Shown here piece after piece: positions 59,955-60,629 of a stretch of 60,629 nucleotides of DNA (its first letter is position 1; each line of letters begins with the position of its first letter). This DNA comes from Ascoidea asiatica JCM 7603 (taxonomy: Eukaryota; Fungi; Ascomycota), in assembly GCA_001600695.1 (NCBI GenBank), contig BCKQ01000011.1:431092-491720 (forward strand). The letters run 5' to 3'. Both the position numbers and the translations under genes were made by a program. Under the pieces are notes generated by a model. It was not told the DNA's origin. It saw only the letters and a list, made by a program, of their open reading frames with translations, and searched no databases.

Positions 59955-60453
59955 ATGGCTGACGCTCTTGTATCATATGCTGCTTTACTTTTAGCTGATA
60001 GTGAAATTACTATATCTTCAGATAAATTAACCTCTGTAATTAAAGCTGCAGGTGGTTCTATTGATCCAGTATGTTAATTAAATAATTTCAAAATTTAATA
60101 TTCAATTATTCAATTATTCAATAATTTAATGATTTTTTAAAATCATTTTTTTCAAATGAATTTCAATAAAACAAAACCATTGAATAAAAAAACATAAGGA
60201 AATTTATATACTAACTTAATATTTTACTTAATTTTAATTATAGATCTGGACTGAAGTATATGCAAAAGCTTTAGAAGGTAAAAATTTAAAAGAAATGTTA
60301 TTTTCAATTGCCTCTGCTGCTCCAGCTGCTGGTTCTGCTAGTGGTGCTGCTGCCTCAGGCTCAGCTGATGCTGAAGCCGCTGCTGAAGAAGAAGAAGTTG
60401 AAGAAGAAGCTGAAGAATCTGATGATGATATGGGTTTCGGTTTATTCGATTAA
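59955..60453 (+). CDS. RPP1B: 60S acidic ribosomal stalk protein P1 (RPP1B-like), spliced (exons 59955-60068 and 60244-60453), 107 aa
   Basis: [24 protein letters not shown]...KAAG...|[17 protein letters not shown]...[13 protein letters not shown]. Missed by the ORF track. Confidence 0.95.
60069..60243 (+). other. Spliceosomal intron of RPP1 (175 nt)
   Basis: GTATGT donor, TACTAAC at 60209-60215, TAG acceptor; splicing restores the frame. Confidence 0.95.
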
Positions 60454-60629
60454 ACAATTAATAAAATGAATTAATTTTACTTAATTTATATAAAATAATA
60501 ATCAATAAACTATTTTATAAACTATTTTATACACATATACATAAACTGATACATACAAAACTAATTATTTTAAAATTAGTAAATTTAAATTAAAACTATA
60601 GATAAAACACAAAAAAAAAAAAAAAAAAG

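Overview
Very AT-rich budding-yeast (Saccharomycotina) chromosomal segment with Asn-rich proteins. The style resembles Ascoidea, a CUG-Ser2 lineage, but that assignment is inference only. There are 16 recognisable housekeeping genes: ABD1, ZDS1/2, LOG1, GPM1, PHO84, STB3, S-formylglutathione hydrolase, POR1, SPT7, TAF13, ELP1/IKI3, ADI1, HRD1, HOG1, and the spliced RPL43 and RPP1, which the ORF track misses. Three large ORFs are orphans. The most interesting signals are: (1) a head-to-head pair of giant orphan genes (10320-14435 and 14990-20053) that are cryptic paralogs sharing a domain resembling a catalytically dead Ulp1/C48 protease; (2) a ~3.5 kb insertion between ADI1 and HRD1, bracketed by a ~180 bp duplication of the HRD1 3' end and carrying a decayed PHO84-type 3' fragment plus a multi-frameshift pseudogene; (3) a HOG1 with an ~175 aa Asn/Asp-rich N-terminal extension; and (4) GC-rich promoter islands with a recurrent unassigned GTGGCGGTGC motif. 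I found no tRNA, rRNA, CRISPR array or intact transposon.
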